Source: an uncultured Aquimarina sp.
Lineage (GTDB): Bacteria > Bacteroidota > Bacteroidia > Flavobacteriales > Flavobacteriaceae
Direction of reading: 5' to 3'
Assembly: GCA_947503835.1 (NCBI GenBank)
Contig: CANNFM010000024.1
Location: forward strand, 2,787 to 66,786
DNA length: 64,000 nt
Shown: positions 36,202 through 48,300 of the stretch, piece after piece
Layout: each line of letters begins with the position of its first letter
Position numbering within the stretch: the stretch's first letter is position 1
Notes under the pieces: model-generated
Told to the model about the DNA's origin: nothing
Databases searched by the model: none
Seen by the model: the letters and a program-made list of their open reading frames with translations, nothing else
Made by a program: the position numbers and the translations under genes

Positions 36202-39200
36202 TTGGAACAGTCTAAATTGAATCTCAAAGGGATCAATCTCTTTGATATTAACTTGCTATCAGAAGTAGAGAAGAATCAGTATCTGTATGAGTTTAATAAG
36301 ACAAATGCTGATTTTCCGAGTGAGTCGACCATAACCGCTTTGTTCGAAGAGCAGGCTAGAAAAACACCCGATCATGTAGCACTGCAAACTGCAAATCAAA
36401 ACATGACCTTCAAGGAACTAAATGATGAGGCCAATAAATTTGCAACGTATTTAGCGAATCAATATGGGACCAAACCAGGTGATTTGATTGGGATAATGTT
36501 AGAAAGAGAGCACTATTTAATTCCTGCAATATTGGGAGTTTTAAAGGCAGGTGCCACGTATGTGCCTATAGATCTAAACTATCCAGAAGAAAGAATCAAA
36601 AGAATTATTACTGATTCTAAAATTAATACCCTGGTTGTTAGAGGAGAGCACAAACTTTCTACAGAAAAGGATCTGTCTATTTTGAATTTAAACAAAGAAC
36701 AAAAGAAGATAAAGGCCCAAAAACCTAAGAAGAATAAAGAAAGAAAGAATACCGATCTGGCCTATATAATTTATACTTCGGGATCTACAGGAAACCCTAA
36801 AGGAGTAATGATAGAGGACAAAGCATTAGTTAATTATGCATTTTGGGCGGCAAACTATTATTTCCAGGGAGAAAAAGCGACTATGCCTTTATACTCGTCT
36901 ATTTCTTTTGACCTAACGATTACGTCTATTTTTGCGCCGTTAATTACAGGAAATACTATAGTAGTATATAAAGAGGATGAAACTACGGTTCTAATAGAAA
37001 AAATCATAGAAGAAAATCTTTGTGATACTATAAAACTAACCCCGTCTCATCTAAAAATTATAAAAGAAAGTGTTGTATTAAAAAACCAGATAGCAAAAGG
37101 GACAAACATAAAAAGATTTATCGTTGGAGGAGAAGAGCTGTCCATGAATTTGGCAACAGCTATTCATGAATTATTTAATAACAATATAGAAATATATAAT
37201 GAGTACGGACCTACAGAAGCGACTGTAGGGTGTATGATCTATAAATACAATAATAAAGACAAAAGTCCGTCTGTTTCTATAGGTATGCCTATTAATAATA
37301 CCCAGATTTATATACTAGACGATTTTTTAAATCCAGTAGCTAACGGAATGCTGGGAGAATTATACATCTCAGGAGAAGGGGTAGCTAGAGGGTACTTGTT
37401 CAATGACACATTAACAAAAGAATGTTTTCTTGAAAATCCTTTTGTTCCTGGTACAACGATGTACAAAACAGGGGATTTTGCAAAAAGAATGCCGGATGGT
37501 ACTATTGTTTTTTCTGGTCGAAAAGATGATCAGGTAAAAATTAACGCGTATCGTATTGAGTTGGGAGAAATAGAAAATCAATTATCAAAATATACAGAAA
37601 TTGATGACTGTGCAGTAGCAACGAAAGACAATGATGACGAAAAATATGTTGTAGCTTATTATACGGCTAAAGAAGAAATAGAATCAATCAACTTAAAACG
37701 ATTCTTACAAGAAAGATTACCAGATTATATGCTACCATCTTATTTTGTGAAAATGGAGCAAATCCCTTTAACGGTTAATGGTAAACTTGATAAATCTGCA
37801 TTGCCTTATCCAGAGATTCTTTCAAAGAAAGAATATATAGCACCAGTAAGTACAACCGAAAAGGTATTACAAAAAATTTGGTCTGAGCTATTAGGATTAG
37901 CCGAAGATGAAATTGGGGTCACCCAAAATTTCCTAGAGCTTGGAGGTCATTCGATCAAGGTGATGTTAATGTTAAATAAGATTCAGAAAGAGCTTAATGT
38001 TAGAGTGCCAATGAATGAGGCATTTGATAACCTCGAAATTCAGAGTTTGGCTAAATACATTGATAGTTTAAACAAAGAAACAGCCTACAGTCCAGTAAAA
38101 AGAGCTTCCGAAAATGAGTTTTACCCATTGTCGTCTGCACAAAAACGACTTTATTTTTTACATGAATTTAATTCTGAAGCTATTACCTACAATATTCCTA
38201 AAATAGTCAAAATTAAAGGTAAGCTGAATAAGAGTGGGATTAAGAATGCATTTCAAAAACTCGTAAAACGTCATGAAATTTTAAGAACATCATTCCTTAT
38301 GGAAGATGCTAATCCAGTGCAAAAAGTTCATGATAATGTGAATTTTGAGTTAGAATGTTACGAATGCGAAGAAAATAAGCTTAATACTACCATCAAAGAA
38401 TTTATTAGACCATTTAATCTGCAAGAACCTTCCTTACTTAGAGTGGGATTAGTTAAAATTTCGAAAGAAGAGCATGTACTTATTGTAGATATGCATCACA
38501 TTATCACTGATGGTGTTTCAGAAAGCATACTAATCAAGGAATTTATGGCTTTGTATGATAAGCAAAAATTACCTAAACTTTCTGTACAATACAAAGACTA
38601 TGTAGAGTGGCAAATGGAAAAATCTCAACAACTTGTATTACAAAGGCAAAAAGAATATTGGTTGGATGAATTTAAAAATAAGCAATCTAGCTTAAACTTA
38701 CCATCAGATTATACCAGACCCGCTGTCAATACTAATGAAGGAGCAGTAGTACATTTCAGTTTAAATACTAAAAAAACTAATGCATTAAAAGGGCTAGCTA
38801 AGCAAGAACAAACCACACTTTATGTAGTATTACTTTCGGTATTTAATATTCTGCTAAGTAAATTAACTAATGAAGAAGATATAACCATAGGAAGCCCTGT
38901 TGCCGGAAGACAACATACAGATATAGAATCTGTTGTTGGAGTGTTCATTAATATGCTGGCGTTAAGAAATTTCCCAAAAGGAGATCTTAGTTTTACGACA
39001 TTTTTGTCAAATGTAAAATCTAAAGTATTAGATGCATTTAATCATCAGGAATACCCGTATGAAGAATTAATTGATGCATTAGAACTTGGTAGGGATATCA
39101 ATCATAATCCATTGTTTGATGTCATGTTTGCTTATCAGAATTTTGACAATGAACCATTAGAAATTTCTAATTTAGAAGTTACACCGTATGAGCCAGAGCA

Positions 39201-42200
39201 TAATGTATCTAAACTTAACTTGAGTTTGCAAGTTTATGAAACTACCGATGAACTTCAATTACAATTTGAGTATTCAACTCAATTATTCAAAGAAGAAACA
39301 ATACAAAGATTTATTTCATATTTCAATGAAATTATATCCGAAGTTACTTCTAATCCGGTTATCGCGATTAATGATATAGAAGCACTTCCAGAAAAAGAAA
39401 AACAAACACTTTTAGTAGAATTTAATACTACAACAAAAGATTTTTCTGAACAGGAAACGGTCGTGTCTTTATTTGAGAAGCAAGCATTAAAAACACCTAA
39501 CAAGATAGCAGTTGTTTATGAAGGGCAAACATTAACATACCAAGATATCGATGAAAAATCAAATCAGTTAGCTCATTATCTTAAGAACTCTTGTCAAATT
39601 GAAAAAAATGATGTGGTAGGTTTTATGATGGATCGCTCTGAAAGTTTAGTAATAGGTCTGTTGGGTATATTAAAAGCAGGAGCTGCTTATTTACCAATTG
39701 ATCCAGCCTATCCCAAAGAACGAATATCATATGTGTTACAAGATAGTGGTGCCAAAGTATTGTTGATCGATGAAGAAATAGAGAGCGAAGTTACAATAGA
39801 TAAAAAAGTTGTTTATCTAAGTCAAACCGAAAATGAGAAGAAAACCAATCCATCTAATCATATAAGTCCTGATGATATCTGTTATTTAATATATACATCT
39901 GGATCGACAGGTAAACCAAAAGGAGTAGTTATCACACATCAAAATGTAGTAAATTTTATAGCAGGTATTAGTGATCGTATCCCAGCTACAGAAAAAGATG
40001 CGATGTTAGCAGTAACCAGTACCTCATTTGATATTTCTGTTCTCGAACTTTTTTGGACGATATGTAATGGAGTAGAGATCGTAATACACCCTTCTAATGT
40101 TTCTTTATCTGGTCTTGATAGATATGTGGCTGGAGAGGATTTATCTATGGATTTTAGTTTGTTTTTCTTTTCTAGCTATAACAACAAGGAAGCTAATAAA
40201 TATAACTTACTATTAGAGTCTGCAAAATTTGCTGATAAAGCAGGATTTAATGCGGTCTGGACACCCGAACGACATTTTCACGAATTTGGTGGTTTATACC
40301 CTAATCCTTCAATTACCAGTGCTGCACTTGCTATGATTACAAATCAAGTCGAGCTTAGAAGTGGTAGTATCGTGGCTCCGTTACATGATCCCATACGTAT
40401 TGTAGAAGAATGGTCTGTAGTTGATAACCTGTCTAACGGTCGGGTATCCTTATCATTTGCTTCAGGTTGGAACCCTAATGATTTCTCATTAGCTAAAGAT
40501 TCATATAAAGAGAGACACAAAATCTTGCACGAGCAAGTAGATGTAATGAAAAAATTATGGAGAGGAGAATCTATTAAAAGAGAAAACGGTTTAGGACAAG
40601 AAGTAGATATAGCTGTTTTTCCGAGACCTATTCAAAAAGAAATGCCAATCTGGATAACCTCAAGTGGTAATGTAGAAACCTTTAAAAGTGCAGGAGCAAG
40701 TGGTGCTAATTTGTTAACACATTTGTTAGGACAAAACATCGATGATCTTGAAGAAAAAATCAAACTATATAAACAAGCTCGGGTAGAAAATGGCTATGAT
40801 GAAAGCGGAGGAAAAATAGCAGTGATGCTGCATTCTTTTATTGGTGAAGATATTGAAGAAGTTGAAAGTATTGTTGAGGAGCCATTTACCGAATATTTAA
40901 AAACTTCAATAGGGGTTGATAAATTGCTGATGGAACAGTCTGGATTAAATGCTGATGATATTGATGGTGATGAAATGAAGGTTTTATTAAAGAATGCATT
41001 CAAACGATATTACCAAAATAGCTCACTGATTGGTACAAAAAGCAAATGTAGCGAGTTGGTTTTAAAACTAAAGAAGATTGGTGTTGATGAAATAGCATGT
41101 TTGATTGACTTTGGGGTAGATAATGATAAAGTTTTAGAAAGTTTAACTCATTTAGAGGAGCTAAAACAGTTATTTGCCTTAAAAGGGAATAAAGCTCACC
41201 AACCAATAACAATGATGCAATCTACACCGTCATTTATAAAAATGACTCAAGAAGGTGGGAGTTCAGGAAAATTCTTAGAATCATTACAAACATTATTACT
41301 TGGAGGTGAAGCGGTACCTAAAATACTGGTTAAACAATTACAAGAAAAAATGTCTTCAGATATTTATAATATGTATGGACCTACAGAAACTACCGTTTGG
41401 TCATCGATACATAAATTTTCAGAAAAAGACACAAAAGTTACCGTAGGAACTCCAATTCTTAATACCCAAATCCTAATCCTAAATCAAAATAAGAAAATGG
41501 TGCCTATAGGGGTTCCTGGAACACTCTACATTGGTGGTAAAGGAGTTTCTAAAGGGTATTGGAAAAATGATAAGTTAACAAATGAAAGATTTATACAAAA
41601 TCCTTTTAAGAAAGACGATATCATCTATAATACCGGTGATATAGCGAAGTGGAATGCCAATGGAACTATAGAGTTAATTGGTAGAGAAGATGCCCAGGTA
41701 AAAATAAGAGGACATAGAATAGAACTGGGAGAGATCGAATCACAATTAAATACCCATGATTTGATTCAGCAATCTGTCGTAGTGTGTAATGATATAGAAG
41801 GAGAAAAATATTTGGCAGCTTTCTATATGGCATCAGAAGTATTAGATTCTAATGACATCAGAACGTACTTGTATGATTACTTACCTAGTTATATGCAACC
41901 TTCATTTTTTATACAATTAGATGAAATGCCACTTACGCCAAATGGAAAAGTTGACAAAAAAGCACTACCCAATCCTTTATTGGTTCATGAAAATGATTTT
42001 GTAGCTCCATCTAATAGCGAAGAAGAATCGTTGGTAGAGATCTGGTCAGAGGTCTTAGAGATTCATATAAATCGAATTAGTGTAGAAAAGAGTTTCTTTG
42101 AATTAGGTGGAAATTCATTGAAAATATTGAAACTAAACTCCTTAATGAAAGAAAAACTTGATTGGGAGGTTTCTATACCAGAAATGTTCCGGTATCCATC

Positions 42201-42321
42201 AATCGCATCATTAATTGCATATAAAAACAGTTCGAAACCTAGTGAAGAAGATTATAAAAAAGTAGCTGAAGACGAGGTTTCAGAAATGGAAAGTATGTTT
42301 AATCTTATCGAACAAGAATAA
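36202..42321 (+). CDS. NRPS: A(Asn-type) - T - C - A(Gly-type, interrupted by luciferase-like monooxygenase domain) - T
   Basis: The protein starts directly in a C-A linker/A1 region (LSEVEKNQYLYEFNKT). The start codon at 36202 is TTG, and the first in-frame ATG is codon 68. A1: YTSGSTGNPKGV, NEYGPTEATVGC, code D-L-T-K-I-G-E-V-G-K. T: FLELGGHSIKV. C: MHHIITDGVS. A2: YTSGSTGKPKGV and SFDISVLE, then about 346 aa of LLM-like insert (MDFSLFFFSSY...), then NMYGPTETTVWS. The A2 code is D-I-L-Q-L-G-M-V-W-K (Gly-type). T: FFELGGNSLKIL. Confidence 0.95.
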   Translation: MEQSKLNLKGINLFDINLLSEVEKNQYLYEFNKTNADFPSESTITALFEEQARKTPDHVALQTANQNMTFKELNDEANKFATYLANQYGTKPGDLIGIMLEREHYLIPAILGVLKAGATYVPIDLNYPEERIKRIITDSKINTLVVRGEHKLSTEKDLSILNLNKEQKKIKAQKPKKNKERKNTDLAYIIYTSGSTGNPKGVMIEDKALVNYAFWAANYYFQGEKATMPLYSSISFDLTITSIFAPLITGNTIVVYKEDETTVLIEKIIEENLCDTIKLTPSHLKIIKESVVLKNQIAKGTNIKRFIVGGEELSMNLATAIHELFNNNIEIYNEYGPTEATVGCMIYKYNNKDKSPSVSIGMPINNTQIYILDDFLNPVANGMLGELYISGEGVARGYLFNDTLTKECFLENPFVPGTTMYKTGDFAKRMPDGTIVFSGRKDDQVKINAYRIELGEIENQLSKYTEIDDCAVATKDNDDEKYVVAYYTAKEEIESINLKRFLQERLPDYMLPSYFVKMEQIPLTVNGKLDKSALPYPEILSKKEYIAPVSTTEKVLQKIWSELLGLAEDEIGVTQNFLELGGHSIKVMLMLNKIQKELNVRVPMNEAFDNLEIQSLAKYIDSLNKETAYSPVKRASENEFYPLSSAQKRLYFLHEFNSEAITYNIPKIVKIKGKLNKSGIKNAFQKLVKRHEILRTSFLMEDANPVQKVHDNVNFELECYECEENKLNTTIKEFIRPFNLQEPSLLRVGLVKISKEEHVLIVDMHHIITDGVSESILIKEFMALYDKQKLPKLSVQYKDYVEWQMEKSQQLVLQRQKEYWLDEFKNKQSSLNLPSDYTRPAVNTNEGAVVHFSLNTKKTNALKGLAKQEQTTLYVVLLSVFNILLSKLTNEEDITIGSPVAGRQHTDIESVVGVFINMLALRNFPKGDLSFTTFLSNVKSKVLDAFNHQEYPYEELIDALELGRDINHNPLFDVMFAYQNFDNEPLEISNLEVTPYEPEHNVSKLNLSLQVYETTDELQLQFEYSTQLFKEETIQRFISYFNEIISEVTSNPVIAINDIEALPEKEKQTLLVEFNTTTKDFSEQETVVSLFEKQALKTPNKIAVVYEGQTLTYQDIDEKSNQLAHYLKNSCQIEKNDVVGFMMDRSESLVIGLLGILKAGAAYLPIDPAYPKERISYVLQDSGAKVLLIDEEIESEVTIDKKVVYLSQTENEKKTNPSNHISPDDICYLIYTSGSTGKPKGVVITHQNVVNFIAGISDRIPATEKDAMLAVTSTSFDISVLELFWTICNGVEIVIHPSNVSLSGLDRYVAGEDLSMDFSLFFFSSYNNKEANKYNLLLESAKFADKAGFNAVWTPERHFHEFGGLYPNPSITSAALAMITNQVELRSGSIVAPLHDPIRIVEEWSVVDNLSNGRVSLSFASGWNPNDFSLAKDSYKERHKILHEQVDVMKKLWRGESIKRENGLGQEVDIAVFPRPIQKEMPIWITSSGNVETFKSAGASGANLLTHLLGQNIDDLEEKIKLYKQARVENGYDESGGKIAVMLHSFIGEDIEEVESIVEEPFTEYLKTSIGVDKLLMEQSGLNADDIDGDEMKVLLKNAFKRYYQNSSLIGTKSKCSELVLKLKKIGVDEIACLIDFGVDNDKVLESLTHLEELKQLFALKGNKAHQPITMMQSTPSFIKMTQEGGSSGKFLESLQTLLLGGEAVPKILVKQLQEKMSSDIYNMYGPTETTVWSSIHKFSEKDTKVTVGTPILNTQILILNQNKKMVPIGVPGTLYIGGKGVSKGYWKNDKLTNERFIQNPFKKDDIIYNTGDIAKWNANGTIELIGREDAQVKIRGHRIELGEIESQLNTHDLIQQSVVVCNDIEGEKYLAAFYMASEVLDSNDIRTYLYDYLPSYMQPSFFIQLDEMPLTPNGKVDKKALPNPLLVHENDFVAPSNSEEESLVEIWSEVLEIHINRISVEKSFFELGGNSLKILKLNSLMKEKLDWEVSIPEMFRYPSIASLIAYKNSSKPSEEDYKKVAEDEVSEMESMFNLIEQE
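40147..41185 (+). other. Luciferase-like monooxygenase (LLM/MOx) domain inserted in the Gly-type A domain between the A4 and A5 motifs
   Basis: About 346 aa (MDFSLFFFSSYNN...AVWTPERHFHEFGGLYPNPS...VDEIACLIDFG) lie between FDISVLE (A4) and NMYGPTETT (A5). This resembles the natural-product LLM domain found inside MtaG/MelG-type A domains. Boundaries are approximate. Confidence 0.8.
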
Positions 42322-42333
42322 CCTTTATTTCAT

Positions 42334-45300
42334 ATGAAAAAATATAACGGTGTAGAAATTGCCATTGTAGGAATGTCAGGGCAATTTCCAGGGGCAAAGA
42401 ATATTGACCAGTTTTGGGAAAATCTCAAAAACGGAGTAGAGTCAATAGACTTTTTTACTGATGAAGAACTTTTAGAAGAAGGAGAAACAACCAATACAAT
42501 AAATAACCCTTCTTATGTAAAAGCTAATGCTTATTTAGAAGATAAACAATTTTTTGATTCAGAGTTTTTTGGATACACTCCTTCTGAAGCAAAATTGATG
42601 GATCCTCAAGCAAGATTGTTTCATGAAAATTGTTGGAAAGCATTAGAAGATGCTGGGTATGATATTACCACCAATACCGACAAGATTGGACTTTTTGCAG
42701 GAGCTTCATCTAATGTAAATTGGTTGACCTATGCTTCGATATCTAATATGGATAATGCAGTTAATAATTTTAATGCATTTCATCTAAGGGATATTACTTT
42801 TATGTGCTCTAGAGTATCGTATCTTTTGAATCTTCAAGGACCTTCAATGCACATTAATACTGCATGTTCTACATCATTGGTGGCCATTCAAAGAGCATGT
42901 ATGAGTTTATTATTACGCGAATGTAAAATGGCTATCGCTGGTGGTGTAACAGTTAAAAATCATTCTAAAAAAGGATACTTTTATGAAGAGGGAATGATAG
43001 ATTCTTCTGACGGGCATTGTAAAACTTTCGACGCAGACGCAGATGGAACAATTGGGGGAGAAGGTGTAGGAGTAGTCATATTAAAAAGATTATCTGATGC
43101 CATTAATGATGGAGATCATATATATGCTGTAATAAAGGGGAGTGGAATCAATAATGATGGATCTAATAAAATAGCATATACTGCGCCAAGTATTGATGGA
43201 CAATCACAGGCTATCCATAAAGCCATGAGTATGGGGAAGATAGAACCTGAAAGTATTAGTTATATCGAAGCGCATGGAACAGCTACTAAGTTGGGAGATC
43301 CAATCGAGGTCGAAGCACTAACACATTCTTATGGTAAAAGTGAAGAAAAATATTGTGCTATTGGATCTGTAAAGTCAAATATTGGTCACTTGGATATTGC
43401 TGCAGGTGTTGCAGGTTTTATAAAAACTGCAATGTCTTTAAAAAATAAGGTAATTCCGCCTTCTCTGCACTTTAAAAATCCTAACCCTAAAATAAACTTT
43501 TTAGAAAGTCCATTTTATGTTAATACTACTTTAAAAGAATGGACAAATGATAAATATCCTTTAAGAGCAGGGGTAAGTTCTTTTGGTATCGGAGGGACAA
43601 ATGCACATGTTATACTTGAAGAAGCTCCAGAAATAGATCCTTCTTCAGCGAGTAGAGATTATCAATTACTAACGTTTTCTGCTAAAACTACTGCTGCTTT
43701 AGAAAGAAATATACAACGGTTTTCAGAATTTATTAAAAAAGATAATGAATTAAAATTATCAGATATAGCTTCTACTTTACAGACCGGACGAGCGTCTTTA
43801 GGATACAGAAAGACTATAGTATGCAAAGGAAAAGAAAATGTAGCTGATGCATTGTCAAATCTAAAAATAGAGCACACTAATAAATCTATTTCAAAAAAGA
43901 GAAAACCTAATGTAGTTTTTATGTTTTCAGGGCAAGGTTCTCAATATGCTAATATGTGCCTTGATCTATATAATAGTGAAGAAGTTTTTAAAGAAAGTTT
44001 GGATAAGAGCTTTGAGATTTTAGGGCGTTTCACAGATAAGGATCTAAAAAGTATCTTATTTTCCGAAAATGAAACCGAAATAAATAATACAGAAAATGCA
44101 CAACCTTTATTATTTAGTATTGAGTATGCTCTTGCAGAATTATTGATTTCTTGGGGTATACACCCCGAAGTTATGGTTGGACATAGTATTGGAGAGTATG
44201 TTGCAGCTTGTTTGAGTGGCGTATTTTCATTAGAGGATGCATTATTTTTAGTATTACAGAGAGGAGAGCTAATGCAAAAAGCATCTAGAGGAACAATGCT
44301 TAGTGTATCTATATCTGAAGAAGAGTTACAACCCTATCTTTTACGAAATAATGCAATTTCTTTAGCAGCGGTAAATAGTTCGGACCTATGTGTACTTTCT
44401 GGGAGTCATGAGGAGATTGCAAAAATTAAGGCAATCTTAGAGCAAAAAGAATTTTCTTGTAAAGAATTGAGAACATCGCATGCATTCCACTCTCACATGA
44501 TGGATGAAATTTTAGAAGAGTTTAGAAATATTATCAACACTATTCAGCTAAAATCACCTCAAAAGGCTTTTTATTCAAATCTTACCGGAGAATTAGTTTC
44601 AGACTCACAAGTTCTAAATCCGGAATATTGGGTAAATCACTTAAGGGGCACAGTTAGGTTTTCGAAATGTGTAGAAAACCTTACCAAGAAAGAAGAGACT
44701 TTGTTCATTGAAGTAGGACCCGGAAGAGTACTAAGCTCATTAGTAAAGTCTAATTCTTCTCGTAAGAAAAGTCAAAAAGCTATAAACTTAGTGCGACATG
44801 CTTCAGAAGAAATTAATGATCAACAATATTTGTTATCAAGTTTAGGAAGTATTTGGGAAGAAGGGGTTGAACCAGATTGGACTACTTTTTATAAAGATGA
44901 AGTACGTCATAAACTGTCTTTACCCACATATTCATTTGATAAAGTAGCATATCCAACTAATGTTGATGCTTATAAAATGATGAGAGAACTCTCAGGTACT
45001 ATTAAAGAAAATGATATTTCGACATACTATGAACCTTCATGGAAAAAAACATCTTTAGTCTCGGCTAATGAGAAACCTGAAAGTAAAACTAATTTGTTAT
45101 TTATTGATGATTTAGGTGTTGGGGAGTCACTTTTGAAAGAGCTAAAGGAAAATAACGAAACGGTAATTTGTGTTTCTAAAGGAGAAGACTTTTATATCGA
45201 TAATTCTGTATATTCTGTAAATCCAGAAAATCCAGATAGTATAAATGAGCTATTTGCTAGCTTAAATCAAAACAAAATATATCCTAATAGAATTTTATAC

Positions 45301-48300
45301 GGTTGGTCAATATCAGACAAAAAAGCTGAAACTTCTTTAAACTATAAAATTGAAGAAACTAACTTTTTTACTCTTTTTAATATAATCAAAAGCTTTAATG
45401 CTCATTTTGATCTTGAAGAAAAAGAGTTAATCGTAATAACCAATAATTTGCATTCAATTACAGGAAACGAAAAAGGAAATTCTGAAGAAGGAATGCAACT
45501 CGGGTTATTAAAGGTAATTGCGCAGGAATACTCAGGAGTTGTTACTGGTCATATAGATATCTCATTAAATTCAAATAACAATAAAAAAGATGCAGAACGA
45601 TTATTTCAGGAAATTTTGTACAAAGAACCTGGAAAAAGTGTTGCATTAAGAAATGGAAGCAGGTGGTCGCAGATTTATGAGCCGATAAAGGTAGATACTA
45701 GTAAGAAAGAAAGTGTATTTAAGAACCAAGGGACATATTTAATTACCGGGGGATTAGGTAACTTAGGATATACACTGTCAAAATATCTATTAGAAAAATT
45801 TAGTGTAAAAGTAATTCTTACTGGGCGGACTGAATTACCAAATCGAAGCGAATGGTCAAAATTGTTGGCGAATAAAGAAGCAAATAGTAGCGTTGCAACA
45901 AGAATTGAAAGATATCAAGAACTCGAAAAACTTAATGGACAAGTAGAGTATTATTCTTGTGATATTATTAATAAATCAAATTTTGAAGAACTAATCTCAA
46001 AGATCGAAAAAGTAAACTCAATAAATGGAGTTGTGCATGCTGCTGGGGTTATACATGGAACCTCGATCAATTTGATTGAAAACTTGACAAAAGAAGATTT
46101 TGAAGATCAGTTTTTTGCCAAAACAATAGGAGTCAAGGTTTTAAATGAAGTCTTTAAAGACAAAAAACTAGATTTTAGTTTAATAGTATCTTCGTTATCC
46201 TCAATTCTTGGCGGATTAGGTTTTGCAGCTTACGCTTCTGCCAATAGCTTTATGGATTATTTCGTAAAAGAAAAATTAGCTACCGGAGATCTAGAAAATT
46301 GGCAATGTGTAAACTTTGATGGATTAAATTTTTCAGACACCTCGACAGATAATGATAGTCTTAATAAATCAGAAATATTAGAAGCTGTTGAACATGTTTT
46401 ATCATTAAAAAATCTTCATCAAATTGTCGTTTCAAAATCTGATTTACAACAACGATTAGATAATTGGATAAAACGTAATGTTGAAGAAGATGCTACCGAA
46501 GAAAGTACTTCTCCAATATTAGATGAAAGGTTACAAGCTGCACATGTATCACTTAATTCTCTTGAAGAAGGATTAATAGCATTGTGGGAAGATTTCTTTG
46601 GGAAATCTATAGAGATTGAGGATAATTTCTTTGAAATTGGCGGAGATTCTTTAAAAGCATTAACGATGCTTAGAAGAATTCATAAAACCTTTAATGTAGA
46701 ACTATCGATTAAAGAATTTTTTGATTGCGGAACAGTTCGCCTAATCAGTGAACGTATTAACAAGAAAAAAGCAGAATTAGAAAACCAATCAAACAATTAC
46801 GTTACCATACCCAAGGCAGAGACTCAAGAGTATTATCACTTAAGCTCAGTTCAAAAACGCTTATATTTCCTTTACGAATATGCTAAAGATTCTTTAGCTT
46901 ATAACTTACCACAAATAGTAAAATTAGAAGGAAATCTAAATAAAGAACGCCTCGTAAAGGTTTTTGAAAGACTTTTACAAAGGCATGAGAGCTTACGCAC
47001 TTCTTTTTCATTAATTAATGGAGTGCCCATGCAAAAAATAGAGGAGCTTACTTCTTTTGAGATAATCGAGATAAAAGCAAAATCCGATGAGATAAGCACA
47101 ATCATCAATGATTTTATTACCCCATTTGATTTGAGTAAAGCGCCTTTAATACGAGTAGGACTTGTTCAAGTTAGTGATTTAGAGCATATTTTGATGGTAG
47201 ATATGCATCATATCATCACCGATGGAATCTCACAAGGGATATTGATTTCGGATTTTATGAAGCTATATAATAATGAAGAATTACCAGAATTAAGGCTTCA
47301 ATATAAAGATTATGCAAACTGGCAGGGTCATGAAGAACAACAAAAACGTATATCAAGTCAAAAGGAATTTTGGTTAGAACAGTTCTCAGATGAGGTTAAA
47401 TTAACTAATTTACCTACCGACTTTGTTCGACCTTTAGAGTCCAGTAATAAAGGAGAGTCAGTGTGGATCAAACTAGCGAAAGATGAGATAAAAGGTTTGG
47501 TAAAACTTGCTGATAATGAGCAAGCGACCAATTACATGGTTTTGTTGTCAATATTTAATATACTGTTATCAAAACTAAGTAATCAAGAAGATATTACTAT
47601 AGGATCACCCGTTGCTGGTCGTCAACATTCAGATTTTGATAATGTTATCGGGATGTTTGTCAATACACTTTCAATACGTAATTACCCTAAAGGAGACTAT
47701 ACATTTAGAGAGTTTCTTGCAGAGGTTAAACAAAGAGCTATTGCATGTTTTGATAATCAAGATTATCCTTATGAAGAATTGGTTGAAGGACTTAAAATTG
47801 ATAGAGAGAAAGGAAGAAACCCATTATTTGATACCATGTTTGAGTATCAAATAAGTACCGAAGAAACTCAACTAAAAATTCCTGAACTAGAATTAACCAT
47901 TTTTAATGGTGTTGACGAAAAAATTCTTAATGTATCCAAGTTTGATCTCTTACTTTCTGCTCTAGAGAACGGAGATGATCTAAGACTTAAACTAGAATAT
48001 TCATATGATCTCTTTAGAAGTGAAACAGTGGAGAGGTTTATAAAGTATTATAAGAGAATTATTAATCAGGTCATAGAAAACCCTGATTGTAAGCTAGCCG
48101 ATATAAAATTATTAGATCTTAAAGAAGAAGGAAAGCTTTTAGAACTGTTAAACGATACAGATCAGGCATATAAAAAAGAAGAGACTATTTTAGAGCTTTT
48201 TGAAAAACAAGTAGAACGCAATCCAAATCAAATTGCAATTCAGGATGAAAATACTTGTTTGACTTACAAAGAGCTACAAAGTAAGTCGAATCAAATTTAT

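Noticed and set aside
36151-36204. The ORFs at 25810-36153 and 36202-42321 are in the same frame, suggesting a single gene broken by a sequencing error or a read-through stop.
   Set aside because: Two separate in-frame TAA codons lie in the 48-nt gap, and three other C|A junctions in the locus are also split. I treated it as a genuine split and report it as a finding, but resequencing is recommended.
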